From contig CM059432.1 of NCBI GenBank assembly GCA_030390025.1, positions 5,208,001-5,272,000 of the forward strand: a stretch of 64,000 nucleotides of DNA. Reading direction: 5' to 3'. The notes under the pieces are model-generated. The model did not search any database. It was not told the DNA's origin and was given only the letters and a program-made list of their open reading frames with translations. How positions within the stretch are numbered: position 1 is the stretch's first letter; every line of letters starts with the position of its first letter. This document shows positions 1 to 13,499 of the stretch, one piece after another. Made by a program: the position numbers and the translations under genes. The stretch is from Squalus acanthias. Lineage: Eukaryota.

Positions 1-3000
1 TCTCTCTCTCCCCGCGATCTCTCCCTCCGCGATCTCTCTCTCCCCGCGATCTCTCTCCCCCAGCGATCTCTCTCTCCCCGCGATCTCTCCCTCCCCACGA
101 TCTCTCTCTCCGCGATCTCTCTCTCCTCGCGATCTCTCTCTCCCCGCGATCTCTCCCTCCCCACGATCTCTCTCTCCGCGATCTCTCTCTCCCCGCGATC
201 TCTCTCTCCCCGCGATCTCTCCCTCCCCGCGATCTCTCTCTCCCCGCGATCTCTCTCTCCCCGTAATCTCTCCCTCCTCGCGATCTCTCTCTCCCCGCGA
301 TCTCTCTCTCCCCGCGATCTCTCTTCGGCGATCTCTCTCTCCCCGCGATCTCTCTCTCCTCGCGATCTCTCTCTCCCCGCGATCTCTCCCTCCCCACGAT
401 CTCTCTCTCCGCGATCTCTCCCTCCCCGCGATCTCTCTCTCCCCGCGATCTCTCACTCCCCGCGATCTCTCTCTCCCCGCGATCTCTCTCTCCCCGTAAT
501 CTCTCCCTCCCCGCGATCTCTCTCTCCCCGCGATCTCTCACTCCCCGCGATCTCTCTCTCCCCGCGATCTCTCTCTCCCCGTAATCTCTCCCTCCTCGCG
601 ATCTCTCTCTCCCCGCGATCTCTCTCTCCCCGCGATCTCTCTCTCCGCGATCTCTCTCTCCCCACGATCTCTCTCTCCGCGCGATCTCTCCCTCCCCGCG
701 ATCTCTCTCTCCCCGCGATCTCTCCCTACCCACGATCTCTCTCTCCGCGATCTCTCTCTCCTCGCGATCTCTCTCTCCCCACGATCTCTCCCTCCCCACG
801 ATCTCTCTCTCCGCGATCTCTCTCTCCCCGCGATCTCTTTCTCCCCGCGATCTCTCCCTCCCCGCGATCTCTCTCTCCCCGCGATCTCTCTCTCCCCGTA
901 ATCTCTCCCTCCTCGCGATCTCTCTCTCCCCGCGATCTCTCTCTCCCCGCGATCTCTCCCCCCGCGATCTCTCTCTCCCCGCGATCTCTCCCTCCCCACG
1001 ATCTCTCTCTCCGCGATCTCTCTCTCCTCGCGATCTCTCTCTCCCCGCGATCTCTCCCTCCCCACGATCTCTCTCTCCGCGATCTCTCTCTCCCCGCGAT
1101 CTCTCTCTCCCCGCGATCTCTCTCTCCCCGCGATCTCTCTCTCCCCGTAATCTCTCCCTCCTCGCGATCTCTCTCTCCCCGCGATCTCTCTCTCCCCGCG
1201 ATCTCTCTTCGGCGATCTCTCTCTCCCCGCGATCTCTCTCTCCTCGCGATCTCTCTCTCCCCGCGATCTCTCCCTCCCCACGATCTCTCTCTCCGCGATC
1301 TCTCCCTCCCCGCGATCTCTCTCTCCCCGCGATCTCTCACTCCCCGCGATCTCTCTCTCCCCGCGATCTCTCTCTCCCCGTAATCTCTCCCTCCTCGCGA
1401 TCTCTCTCCCCGCGATCTCTCTCTCCCCGCGATCTCTCTCTCCGCGATCTCTCTCTCCCCGCGATCTCTCTCTCCCCGCGATCTCTCTCTCCCCGCGATC
1501 TCTCCCTCCCCACGATCTCTCTCTCCGCGATCTCTCTCTCCTCGCGATCTCTCTCTCCCCGCGATCTCTCCCTCCCCACGATCTCTCTCTCCGCGATCTC
1601 TCTCTCCCCGCGATCTCTCTCTCCCCGCGATCTCTCCCTCCCCGCGATCTCTCTCTCCCCGCGATCTCTCTCTCCCCGTAATCTCTCCATCCTCGCGATC
1701 TCTCTCTCCCCGCGATCTCTCTCTCCCCGCGATCTCTCTTCGGCGATCTCTCTCTCCCCGCGATCTCTCTCTCCTCGCGATCTCTCTCTCCCCGCGATCT
1801 CTCCCTCCCCATGATCTCTCTCTCCGCTATCTCTCTCTCCCCGCGATCTCTCTCTCTCCCCGCGATCTCTCTCTCCCCGTAATCTCTCCCTCCTCGCGAT
1901 CTCTCTCTCCCCGCGATCTCTCTCTCCCCGCGATCTCTCCCCCCGCGATCTCTCTCTCCCCGCGATCTCTCCCTCCCCACGATCTCTCTCTCCGCGATCT
2001 CTCTCTCCTCGCGATCTCTCTCTCCCCGCGATCTCTCCCTCCCCACGATCTCTCTCTCCGCGATCTCTCTCTCCCCGCGATCTCTCTCTCCCCGCGATCT
2101 CTCTCCCCGCGATCTCTCTCTCCCCGTAATCTCTCCCTCCTCGCGATCTCTCTCTCCCCGCGATCTCTCTCTCCCCGCGATCTCTCTTCGGCGATCTCTC
2201 TCTCCCCGCGATCTCTCTCTCCTCGCGATCTCTCTCTCCCCGCGATCTCTCCCTCCCCACGATCTCTCTCTCCGCGATCTCTCCCTCCCCGCGATCTCTC
2301 TCTCCCCGCGATCTCTCACTCCCCGCGATCTCTCTCTCCCCGCGATCTCTCTCTCCCCGTAATCTCTCCCTCCTCGCGATCTCTCTCCCCGCGATCTCTC
2401 TCTCCCCGCGATCTCTCTCTCCGCGATCTCTCTCTCCCCGCGATCTCTCTCTCCCCGCGATCTCTCTCTCCCCGCGATCTCTCCCTCCCCACGATCTCTC
2501 TCTCCGCGATCTCTCTCTCCTCGCGATCTCTCTCTCCCCGCGATCTCTCCCTCCCCACGATCTCTCTCTCCGCGATCTCTCTCTCCCCGCGATCTCTCTC
2601 TCCCCGCGATCTCTCCCTCCCCGCGATCTCTCTCTCCCCGCGATCTCTCTCTCCCCGTAATCTCTCCATCCTCGCGATCTCTCTCTCCCCGCGATCTCTC
2701 TCTCCCCGCGATCTCTCTTCGGCGATCTCTCTCTCCCCGCGATCTCTCTCTCCTCGCGATCTCTCTCTCCCCGCGATCTCTCCCTCCCCATGATCTCTCT
2801 CTCCGCTATCTCTCTCTCCCCGCGATCTCTCTCTCTCCCCGCGATCTCTCTCTCCCCGCGATCTCTCTCTCCCCGCGATCTCTCTCTCCCCGCGATTTCT
2901 CCCACTCCACGATCTCTCTCTCCGCGATCTCTCTATCCGCGATCTCTCTCTCCGCGATCTCTCTCTCCTCGCGATCTCTCTCTCCCCGTGATCTCTCTCT

Positions 3001-6000
3001 CCCCGCGATCTCTCTCTCCTGGCGATCTCTCTCTCCCCGCGATCTCTCCCTCCCCGCGATCTCTCTCTCCCCGCGATCTCTCCCTCCCCGCGATCTCTCT
3101 CTCTCCCCGCGATCTCTCTCTCCCCGCGATCTCTCCCACCCCACGATCTCTCTCTCCGCGATCTCTCTCTCCGCGATCTCTCTCTCCGCGATCTCTCTCT
3201 CCTCGCGATCTCTCTCTCCCCGCAATCTCTCTCTCCCCGTGATCTCTCTCTCCTGGCGATCTCTCTCTCCCCGCGATCTCTCTCTCCTCGCGATCTCTCT
3301 CTCCCCGCGATCTCTCCCTCACCGCGATCTCTCCCTCCTCGCGATCTCCCCCTCACCGCGATCTCTCCCTCCTCGCGATCTCTCTCTCCCCGCGATCTCC
3401 CTGTCCTCGTGATCTCTCTCTCCCCACGATCTCTCTCTCCCCGCGATCTCCCTGTCCTCGTGATCTCTCCCTCCTCGCGATCTCTCTCTCCCCACGATCT
3501 CCCTGTCCTTGTGATCTCTCTCTCCCCGCGATCTCTCTCTCCCCGCGATCTCTCTCTCCCCGCGATCTCTCTCTCCTCGCGATCTCTCTCTCCTCACGAT
3601 CTCCCTGTCCTCGTGATCTCTCTCTCCCCGCGATCTCTCTCTCTCCTCGCGATCTCTCTCTCCCCGCGATCTCTCTTTCCCCACGATCTCTCTCTCCCCG
3701 CGATCACTCTCTCCTCGTGATCTCCCTGTCCTCGTGATCTCTCTCTCCCCGCGATCTCTCTCTCCCCGCGATCTCTCTCTCCCCGCGATCTCTCTCTCCC
3801 TGCGATCTCTCTCTCCTCGTGATCTCTCTCTCCCCACGATCTCCCTGTCCTCGTGATCTCTCTCTCCCCACGATCTCTCTCTCCTCGCGATCTCTCTCTC
3901 CCCGCGATCTCTCTCTCCTCGCGATCTCTCTCTCCCCGCGATCTCTCTCTCCTCGCGATCTCTCTCTCCCCGCAATCTCTCTCTCCCCGCGATCTCTCTA
4001 TCGCCGTGATCTCTCTCTCCCCGCGATCTCTCTCTTCCCGCGATCTCTCTCTCCCCGCAATCTCTCTCTGGCCGTGATCTCTCTCTCCCCACGATCTGTC
4101 TCTCTCATCGCGATCTCTCTCCCCCGAGATCTCACTCTCCTCGCGATCTCTCTCTCCTCGCGATCTCTCTCCCCCGCGATCTCTCTCTCCCTGCGATCTC
4201 TCTCTCTCCCTGCGATCTCTCTCTCCTCGCGATCTCTCTCTCCGCGATCTCTCTCTCCGCGATCTCTCTCTCCCTGCGATCTCTCTCTCTCCCTGCGATC
4301 TCTCTCTCCTCGTGATCTCTCTCTCCGCGATCTCTCTCTCCCCGCGATCTCTCTCTCTCCCCGCAATCTCTCTCTCCCCGCGATCTCTCTCTCCCCGCGA
4401 TTTCTCTCTCCCCGCGATCTCTCCCTCCCCATGATCTCTCTCTCCGCGATCTCTCTCTCCGCGATCTCTCTCTCCCCGTGAACTCTCCCTCCCCGCGATC
4501 TCTCTCTCTCCCCGTGATCTCTCTCTCCCCGCGATCTCTCCCACCCCACGATCCCTCTCTCCGCGATCTCTCTCTCCGCGATCTCTCTCTCCGCGATCTC
4601 TCTCTCCTCGCGATCTCTCTCTCCCCGTGATCTCTCTCTCCCCGCGATCTCTCTCTCCTGGCGATCTCTCTCTCCCCGCGATCTCTCCCTCCCCGCGATC
4701 TCTCTCTCCCCGCGATCTCTCCCTCCCCGCGATCTCTCTCTCTCCCCGTGATCTCTCTCTCCCCGCAATCTCTCCCACCCCACGATCTCTCTCTCCGCGA
4801 TCTCTCTCTCCGCGATCTCTCTCTCCGCGATCTCTCTCTCCTCGCGATCTCTCTCTCCCCGCGATCTCTCTCTCCCCGTGATCTCTCTCTCCTGGCGATC
4901 ACTCTCTCCCCGCGATCTCTCTCTCCTCGCGATCTCTCTCTCCCCGCGATCTCTCCCTCACCGCGATCTCTCCCTCCTCGCGATCTCTCTCTCCCCGCGA
5001 TCTCCCTGTCCTCGTGATCTCTCTCTCCCCACGATCTCTCTCTCCCCGCGATCTCCCTGTCCTCGTGATCTCTCCCTCCTCGCGATCTCTCTCTCCCCAC
5101 GATCTCCCTGTCCTTGTGATCTCTCTCTCCCCGCGATCTCTCTCTCCCCGCGATCTCTCTCTCCCCGCGATCTCTCTCTCCTCGCGATCTCTCTCTCCTC
5201 ACGATCTCCCTGTCCTCGTGATCTCTCTCTCCCCGCAATCTCTCTCTCTCCCCACGATCTCCCTGTCCTTGTGATCTCTCTCTCCCCGCGATCTCTCTTT
5301 CCCCACGATCTCTCTCTCCCCGCGATCACTCTCTCCTCGCGATCTCCCTGTCCTCGTGATCTCTCCCTCCTCGCGATCTATCTCTCCACGCGATCTCCCT
5401 GTCTTCGTGATCTCTCTCTCCCTGCGATCTCTCTCTCCCCGCGATCTCTCTCTCCCCGCGATCTCTCTCTCCCTGCGATCTCTCTCTCCTCGTGATCTCT
5501 CTCTCCCCACGATCTCCCTGTCCTCGTGATCTCTCTCTCCCCGCGATCTCTCTCTCCCCGCGATCTCTCTCTCACCGCGATCTCTCTCTCCTCGTGATCT
5601 CTCTCTCCCCACGATCTCCCTGTCCTCGTGACCTGTCTCTCCCCGCGATCTCTCTCTCCCCGCGATCTCTCTCTCACCGCGATCTCTCTCTCCTCGCGAT
5701 CTCTCTCTCCCCGCGATCTCTCTCTCCTCGCGATCTCTCTCTCCCCGCGATCTCTCTCTCCTCGCGATCTCTCTCTCCCCGCGATCTCTCTATCGCCGTG
5801 ATCTCTCTCTCCCCGCGATCTCTCTCTTCCCGCGATCTCTCTCTCCCCGCAATCTCTCTCTCGCCGTGATCTCTCTCTCCCCGCGATCTGTCTCTCTCAT
5901 CGCGATCTCTCTCCCCCGCGATCTCACTCTCCTCACGATCTCTCTCTCCCCGTGACTCTCTCCCCCCGTGATCTCTCTCTCCCTGCGATCTCTCTCTCCT

Positions 6001-8510
6001 CGTGATCTCTCTCTCCCCGTGATCTCTCTCCCCGCGATCTCACTCTCCCCGCGATCTCTCTCTCCCCGCGATCTCTCTCCCCCCGTGATCTCTCTCTCCC
6101 CGCGATTTATTCCTCCTCACGATCTCTCTCTCCCCGCGATCTCACTCTCCCCGCGATCTCTCTCACCCCGTGATCTCTCTCTCCCCGCGATTTCTTCCTC
6201 CTCACGATCTCTCTCTCCTGGCGATCTCTCTCTCCGCGCGATCTCTTTCTCCCCGTGATCTCTCTCCCCGCGATCTCTCTCTCCCCGCGATCTCTCTCTC
6301 CCCGTGATCTCCCTCCTCGCAATCTCCCCTCCCCGTGATCTCCCTCCTCGCGATCTCTCTCTCCCCGTGTTCTCTCTCCCCGCGATCTCTCTCTCCCTCC
6401 CCGCGATCTCTCTCTCCCCGCGATCTCTCTCTCCCCGCGATCTCTCTCTCCGCGCGATCTCTCTCTTCCCGTGATCTCTCTCCCCGCGGTCTCTCTCTCC
6501 CCGCGATCTCTCTCTCCCCGTGATCTCTCTCCCCGCGATCTCTCTCTCTCATCGCGATCTCTCTCTCCACGCAATCTCTCTCTCCCCGCGATCTCTCCCT
6601 CCACGCGATCTCTCTCTCCCCGCGATCTCTCTCTCTCCCCGCGATCTCTCTCTCTCCGCGATCTCTCTCTCCTGGCGATCTCTCTCTCCTCGCGATCTCT
6701 CTCTCCCGGCGATCTCTCCCTCCTCGCGATCTCTCTCTCTCCGCGATCTCTCTCTCCCCCCGATCTCCATCTCCCCGCGATCTCTCTCCCCGCGATCTCT
6801 CTCTCCCCGCGATCTCTCTCTCCCCGTGATCTCTCTCTCCCCGTGATCTCTCTCCCCGCGATCTCTCTCTCTCATCGCGATCTCTCTCTCCACGCAATCT
6901 CTCTCTCCCGGCGATCTCTCCCTCCTCGCGATCTCTCTCTCTCCGCGATCTCTCTCTCCCCGCGATCTCTCCCTCCACGCGATCTCTCTCTCCCCGCGAT
7001 CTCTCTCTCTCCCCGCGATCTCTCTCTCTCCGCGATCTCTCTCTCCTGGCGATCTCTCTCTCCTCGCGATCTCTCTCTCCCGGCGATCTCTCCCTCCTCG
7101 CGATCTCTCTCTCTCCGCGATCTCTCTCTCCCCCCGATCTCCATCTCCCCGCGATCTCTCTCCCCGCGATCTCTCTCTCCCCGCGATCTCTCCCTCCTCG
7201 CAATCTCCCCCTCCCCGTGATCTCCCTCCTCGCGATCTCTCTCTCCCCGTGTTCTCTCTCCCCGCGATCTCTCTCTCCCTCCCCGCGATCTCTCTCTCCC
7301 CGCGATCTCTCTCTCCTCGCAATCTCTCTCTCCCCGCGATCTCTCTCTCCCTCGCGATCTCTCTCTCCTCGCAATCTCTCTCTCCCCGCGATCTCTCTCT
7401 CCCTCGCGATCTCTCTCTCCTGGCGATCTCTCTCTCCCCGCGATCTCTCTCTCACCGCGATCTCTCTCTCCTCGCGATCTCTCTCTCCCCGCGATCTCTC
7501 TCTCCCTCACGATCTCTCTCCCCCAGCGATCTCTCTCTCCCCGCGATCTCTCTCTCCCTCGCGATCTCTCTCTCCCCGCGATCTCTCTCTCCTCGCGATC
7601 TCTCTCTCCCCGCGATCTCTCTCTCCCTCGTGATCTCTCTCTCCCCGCAATCTCTCTCTCCCCGCGATCTCTCTCTCCTCGCAATCTCTCTCTCCCCGCG
7701 ATCTCTCTCTCCCTCGCGATCTCTCTCTCCTCGCAATCTCTCTCTCCCCGCGATCTCGCTCTCCCTCGCGATCTCTCTCTCCTGGCGATCTCTCTCTCCC
7801 CGCGATCTCTCTCTCCTCGCGATCTCTCTCTCCCCGCGATCTCTTTCTCCCTCGCGATCTCTCTCTCCCCGCGATCTCTCTCCCCGCGATCTCTCTCTCC
7901 CTCGCGATCTCTCTCTCCCCGCGATCTCTCTCTCCTCGCGATCTCTCTCTCCCCGCGATCTGTCTCTCCCTCGCGATCTCTCTCTCCCCGCGATCTCTCT
8001 CTCCCCGCGATCTCTCTCTCCCGGCGATCTCTCCCTCCTCGCGATCTCTCTCTCTCCGCGATCTCTCTCTCCCCGCGATCTCTCTCTCCTCGCAATCTCT
8101 CTCTCCCCGCGATCTCCATCTCCCCGCGATCTCTCTCCCCGCGATCTCTCTCTCCCCGCGCTCTCTCTCTCTCCCCGCGATCTCTCTCTCCCCGCGATCT
8201 CTCTCTCCTCGCAATCTCTCTCTCCCCGCGATCTCTCTCTCCCTCGCGATCTCTCTCTCCTCGCAATCTCTCTCTCCCCGCGATCTCTCTCTCCCTCGCG
8301 ATCTCTCTCTCCTGGCGATCTCTCTCTCCCCGCGATCTCTCTCTCCCTGCGATCTCTCTCTCCTCGCGATCTCTCTCTCCCCGCGATCTCTCTCTCCCTC
8401 GCGATCTCTGTCTCCCCGCGATCTCTCTCTCCCCGCGATCTCTCTCTCCCTCGCGATCTCTCTCTCCCCGCGATCTCTCTCTCCCCGCGATCTCTCTCTC
8501 CCCGCGATCT
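1..8510. repeat. 17-bp satellite array, consensus GATCTCTCTCTCCCCGC, with higher-order duplications; continues beyond the left edge
   Basis: Continuous tandem units of about 13-19 bp, nearly all with GATC; strong pyrimidine/purine strand asymmetry; variant units recur at fixed offsets (e.g. 1811 and 2790, 979 bp apart). Confidence 0.97.
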
Positions 8511-8831
8511 TCAGGCTACCCCCACCCCCCACCCCATCCCTGGCGGTCTCACCCTCCTTATCCGCAGCCGAGCTCCGAGCCCCCCCCCCCCCCCGCCACC
8601 GCCCACCACCAACCCCTGACCTTCCCCAACGGCCCCCGCTGCAGCCGTCTACCGCAGGCTTTCCCACCCGGCAGCTGATCAGCCTCTCAATCTGTCAATG
8701 GTGTCAAAAAAATTCCACTGAGGTCCTGCTGCTAAATTCGGCAAGACCCCCGCATTCCCGGCATTTATGGGTTTCCCGCCTGCAAACAGGCCCCCCCCCC
8801 GCCCAGCTCCCTCCCCATAAATATCCGGGCC
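8511..8831. mobile_element. End of a non-autonomous Harbinger-like DNA element joined to the satellite
   Basis: GC-rich segment ending AAATATCCGGGCC, resembling the ends of other MITEs in this window. Confidence 0.45.
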
Positions 8832-9830
8832 ATAGAATCGTACAACACAGAAGGAGGCCATTCGGCCCATTGTGCCTGTGCCGGCTCTTTGGTAGAGCGA
8901 TCCAATTAGTCCCACTCTTCCCCCTGCTCTTTCCCCATAGCCCTGCAAATTTTTTTCCTTTTCAAGTATTTTTCTGATTCCCTTTTGAAAGTTATTATTG
9001 AATCTGCTTCCACCGCCCTTTCAGGCAGTGCGTTCCAGATAATAAGAACATAAGAATTAGGAGCAGCAGTCGGCCATTCGGCCCCTCGAGCCTGCTCCGC
9101 CATTCAATAAGATCATGGCCGATCTTCGAGCTCAACTCCACTTTCCTGCCCGATCTCCATATCCCTTGATTCCCTTAATATCCAAAAATCTATCCATCTC
9201 AGCCTTGAATATAATCAACGACTGAGCCTCCACAGCCCTCTGGAGCAGAGAATTCCAAAGATTCACCACCCTCTGAGTGAAGAAATTCCTCCTCATCTCA
9301 GTCCTAAATGGCCGACCCCTTATCCTGAGACTATGACCCCTGGTTCTAGACTCCCCAGCCAGGGGAAACATCCTCCCTGCATCGACCCTGTGAAGCCCTG
9401 TAAGAATTTTGTATGTTTCAATGAGATCACCTCTCATTCTTCTAAACTCTGGAGAATATAGGCCTAGACTACTCAATCTCTCCTCATAGGACAATCCCCC
9501 CGATCCCAGGAACCAGTCTGGTGAATCTTCGTTGCACTCGCTCTATGGCAAGTATATCCTTCCTTAGGTAAGGAGACCAAAACTGTACACAATACTCCAG
9601 GTGTGGTCTCACCAAGGTCCTATATAATTGCAGTAAGACGTCTTTACTCTTATACTCAAATCCTTTTGTAATAAGGGCCAACATAATATTTGCTTTCCTA
9701 ATTGCTTGCTGTACCTGCATGTGAACTTTCAGTGATTGGTGTACAAGGACACCCAGGTCCCTCTGAACACCAACATTTCCCAATCTCTCACCATTTAAAA
9801 AATACTCTGCTTTTCTATTTTTCCTACCAA
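8832..9830 (-). mobile_element. Two 5'-truncated CR1 LINE 3' ends
   Basis: ORFs 9132..9494 and 9484..9954 contain the CR1 ORF2 C-terminus ([26 protein letters not shown]); tail repeats present. Confidence 0.9.
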
Positions 9831-10490
9831 AGTGGCTTTGCCAGCATAGTGGGATTCCCCATGGTGCAGGGCACCATTGACTGCACCCATGTGGCTTTGC
9901 GAGCACTGCATAACAATCCTGAGATCTTCTGTAACCGCAAAGGCTACCATTCACTTAATGTGTAGTTGGTGTGCGACCACACACAGCGAATCCAGCACTC
10001 TTCCAGCCACCACATCAAGCTTGCGGCTGGCTGGTCGGAGACAAGGGCTATCCGCTCTCCACCTGGCTCATGGCTCCCCTCCGCAACCCCAACACTCCTG
10101 CCCAGCACTCATATAGTGAGAGCAATGCCGCCACCATGAATATCATCGAGCAGACCATCGGGGGGCTCAAGCAATGGTTCCGCTGCCTTGACCGCTCGGG
10201 AGGAGCCCTCCAGTACTCGGCTGAGCGAGGGTCCCATTTCATGGTGGTCTGCCGTATGCTCCACAACTTGGCCATCATGAGGGCCCAGCCCTTGGCACCA
10301 GGAATTGCGGGACCACCTCAGGAGGAGAAAGAGGGAGAGGGAGAGGAGGAGCATGACGAGGAGGAAGATGAGGAGGACGGGGAGGAAGAGGAAGAGAAGG
10401 AGGAACAGGAAAAGAGAGAGGAGGCAATCACTCAATCGGCCTTCTGGAAGGACGGTCCATAATCGCCTCATCAGACTGCGGTTCCAATAA
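9831..10490 (+). pseudogene. Harbinger DDE transposase (HARBI1-like) C-terminal fragment
   Basis: GFPMVQGTIDCTHV, NRKGYHSLNV, GWLVGDKGYP, IIEQTIGGLKQWFRCLD, MLHNLA, acidic tail; stop codon, deletion and frameshifts. Confidence 0.9.
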
Positions 10491-10655
10491 ATTAAACCCC
10501 AGATCCCCGTTGCTCACCACATCCCCATCATTCCATTCCTGTTGCAGGCCATATCACAGCACAAAGCTGAAATGAGACACACCACAAAATAATCCAAACA
10601 GAATTATTACATTTATCAATAATCAGTGAACACATATTTACAACAACAATATTAA

Positions 10656-12447
10656 CTATTCACCCTTGTACAATCCCTTCGTGCCTCTCGTTACTGTGCC
10701 TTTGCCTACTCTAGTGCTCCTATGAAGTGTTGGCCCAGTGGCTGCAGCAGGGCTGGTGGAAGGTTGCTGAGTGTCCGTGTGGTAGACTTCAGATGGCCTT
10801 GCAGGATGCCCTCGACCAGATCTGGGCCTGGAAGGCCCGGCTGTAGACTGCACCACCTCAGCATGGGCAGCAGCAGTCTGGGCTGGCTGGATGACAGGCA
10901 GCGACAAGGGCAATGGCAGAGTGTCAATGGTGGGAGCAGGAATGCTGTCATCCTGAGAGAGGACAGCAGGTTCCTGCTCCACTGACCCACTCCCCCGGGG
11001 CAGCACCTCAGCATCCCTAGCAATCTGTGAAAGCCCTGGTCGACGGTGGTAGGCCCAGCCACGATGGCAGCAGTCAGAGCTTGCGTGGCATCAAGCTGAG
11101 ACTGCATGAGAGCAGTGAGATTGGATGCCACCAAGCATAGACGGCATTACAGCACTAAGATGTTGCGTTGCTTCTGCCTGTGCTGCAATGGAAGCTGCCA
11201 GATCACCCATCACATGCGGCATCAGGTCTGGCTTTGTGCAATGTTGGAGGCGGACTCCTCCACGCTCCTTATCATTGTCGAGAGACTCTCGGGCACCTTT
11301 GCCATTGCACCTATCATCTCCGTGTGCATGCCCATCACCCTTCTTCTAAACGCCTCCCCATCAAGGTCCTCATCTGAGTCCTGTGCAGCAGGACTTGCAC
11401 GCGAACTCGCCCTCCAGGGAGCTGGCCCCCGAGCTACCCTTTCCCTGGCCTTGCTGCAGCCCGCTTGTCCCCAGTGCCTCACCCTGTGCAGATCCCGCTA
11501 CTATACTAGCCTCTAAAGAACGCGTAGTGCCAGTATCTGAGCTGATGTCTGCAGGTGAGACATGCAGTGACGCGGTGTGTTCTTCCTCCTCCTCTTCTCC
11601 CGCCTCGCTCTCAATGGTTCCCTCAGGGACAGGCTGCTCAGCTGCTTGTTCATTATCTGAAAGCATAAAGACACAAGATTCGGGTTAAGGTGAGGGGAGA
11701 GGGGCAGGAAGGGAGAAATGCATGCATACAGCATGATTAGCTGGAAACTGCGTAATGCTTGTGGGGTGAGGGGGAAGTGGGATGTGAGAAGAAGGAGTAG
11801 GGATGAACATACCATTGTTGTCCCAAAGGGGGTCAACGTCACCAGTGGCCACGGCGCCCAGCACCTGGCGCCCAATAATCTGCAGCACTCGATTCTCCAG
11901 CGCAGACAGTGGTTGGGTGTCGGCTTGTCCCCCACCTGTGCGCTCCTGCTCCCTCCTGTTGTGAGCCACCTTAACCTGCAAGAGAAAGGAAAGTGTGTGA
12001 GTGAGTGTGGAGCAATGTGTTTGGGTGATGTGCCTGCCATAGTTGAATAGCTGTCATTGTGTGCAAGGTGTGAGATGTGGGTGTGAGTGTTGGTAGGTAG
12101 AGATTGTTGGTGGGTGAGTGCTGGGGGTGTGGTGCTTTAGGCAGTGTGTGCAGACAAGGTTCAGACGGTGGTATGTAGCATTTGTTGAGGCATTGATTCA
12201 CCCTGACCACTCGAGTGAGGTCATTAAATTTCTTCCTGCACTGCGTGTGGGTCCTGGGGACCACAGTGCTGCCGGAGACCTGCTGGGCTACCTCCCTCCA
12301 CATGGTGCGGAAGACTTGTGGCGAGGACCTCCTGCCACTTGTCGGGTAGAGCGCCGCCCTCCGTCTCTCCACAGCGGACACCAACTCCTCCAATGCTTGG
12401 TCTGAAAATCTGCGGGCTCGCTCCCTGAGGCGTGGATCTGCCATCAT
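10656..12447 (-). pseudogene. Harbinger Myb/SANT-like DNA-binding gene (MSANTD-like), three exons, frameshifted
   Basis: RERARRFSDQALEELV...MWREVA...RTHTQCRKKFNDL; exon 2 HNRREQERTGGG; exon 3 acidic then coiled region; GT-AG introns near 12201-11976 and 11812-11660. Confidence 0.85.
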
Positions 12448-13124
12448 GACACCTGCTTGAGTCGTCTGGCTCCTTGGGCTTGGCCTGCTCCTGCTTGCTG
12501 ACACAGATTCACAGCCAGCAATGCTGAGAATGAGGTCCTGCAGCATCAATGGACCTCCTCTTTAAAACTGGAAAGAGCCTGTAGCAATGATGCCTTACGA
12601 TTAGACTGCACCTGATATTGGTTAGCGCTTTGAGTGTAGCGCCACTGAGCTAGGTCATTAGCGCTTGATTTAGCGCTGCAATCCTTTCTTTGAGCAATGA
12701 GACTTAATTTTGCGTGCAGCGTGATTCATTAGCGCCTGGCGCAAAATCTCAAACTTTTCTGAAGTTACCGCTCATTCCTGGGCTATAATGAATTTCTCCC
12801 CCTAAGATTCTATCTGCCTCATCTTAGCCTGAGCAGATCTTTCCATTCACTCTCATTCTAAATCTCTCATTCTTTCTGCACAGCCCTGCAGAATCCCAGC
12901 TTCGCCTTTGGAGAATCAGTCCTTCCCTTCTCTGCTTCCCATGGTTGTCCGTAAGTCAGCAGGTAAGACTCCGTTGCATCTCCATTTTTTGCTTGCACTC
13001 ACACCCGCAAAAGCTGCTAAAGCCCTCGTTCTCCGTCATTTCTGTCCCTGATTGATAATTGCACCGGTATAAAACTGGAATCCAGAGTTTCTAGGCATCA
13101 TGCTGAAGGCAGAAGAGAATGTAA

Positions 13125-13258
13125 GTGAAAGAGGGCACCACCGACAGTGCAGCACTCCCTCAGCACTGCACTGGGAGTGTCAGCCTAGATTTTGTGCTCA
13201 AGTCTCTGGAGTGGGACTTGAACCCACAACCCTCTGACTCAGAGGAGAGAGTGCTACC
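13125..13258 (-). mobile_element. tRNA-derived SINE head fragment (same family as 44680-45150)
   Basis: Near-identical to the 5' part of the full-length SINE copy; B-box-like GGTTCAAGTCC on minus. Confidence 0.75.
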
Positions 13259-13499
13259 AGAGAAGTCTCTGCACAGGCAGCCTAACCTTGAGTTCTTTCA
13301 GCCTCATGCCATCCTGAAAGAAAGCAGAATCATTTATGTCCATTCCAGCCATCCGATTAGTACTGGGTGGGAACTTCCTCTGCCTGGCTATTGGCTTGTG
13401 GAAAAAGTTTACCAAACTGTGCCAACTAGATCAGTCAAGCCCCTTGAGATGCTCGTCTCCAAAACCAGCCTCAATCATTTGCAAGTTGTATCTGGCTCC

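Larger units (their letters stand above)
9831..12802. mobile_element. Decayed PIF/Harbinger transposon: transposase (+) and Myb/SANT gene (-) in convergent orientation; left part lost
   Basis: Both Harbinger gene types present; right end GAATTTCTCCCCC matches the MITE TIR family. Confidence 0.85.

Noticed and set aside
453..8667. Long R/E/G-rich and S/L/P-rich ORFs
   Set aside because: The 17-bp unit has no stop in any frame, so ORFs overlap in all six frames; they are satellite artefacts
9831..10490. Host HARBI1 gene
   Set aside because: Truncated, with stop and frameshifts, and inside a transposon with its Myb partner
12800..13120. Unique sequence with splice-like signals on both strands
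   Set aside because: No convincing ORF or partner exon; could be non-coding but cannot be supported
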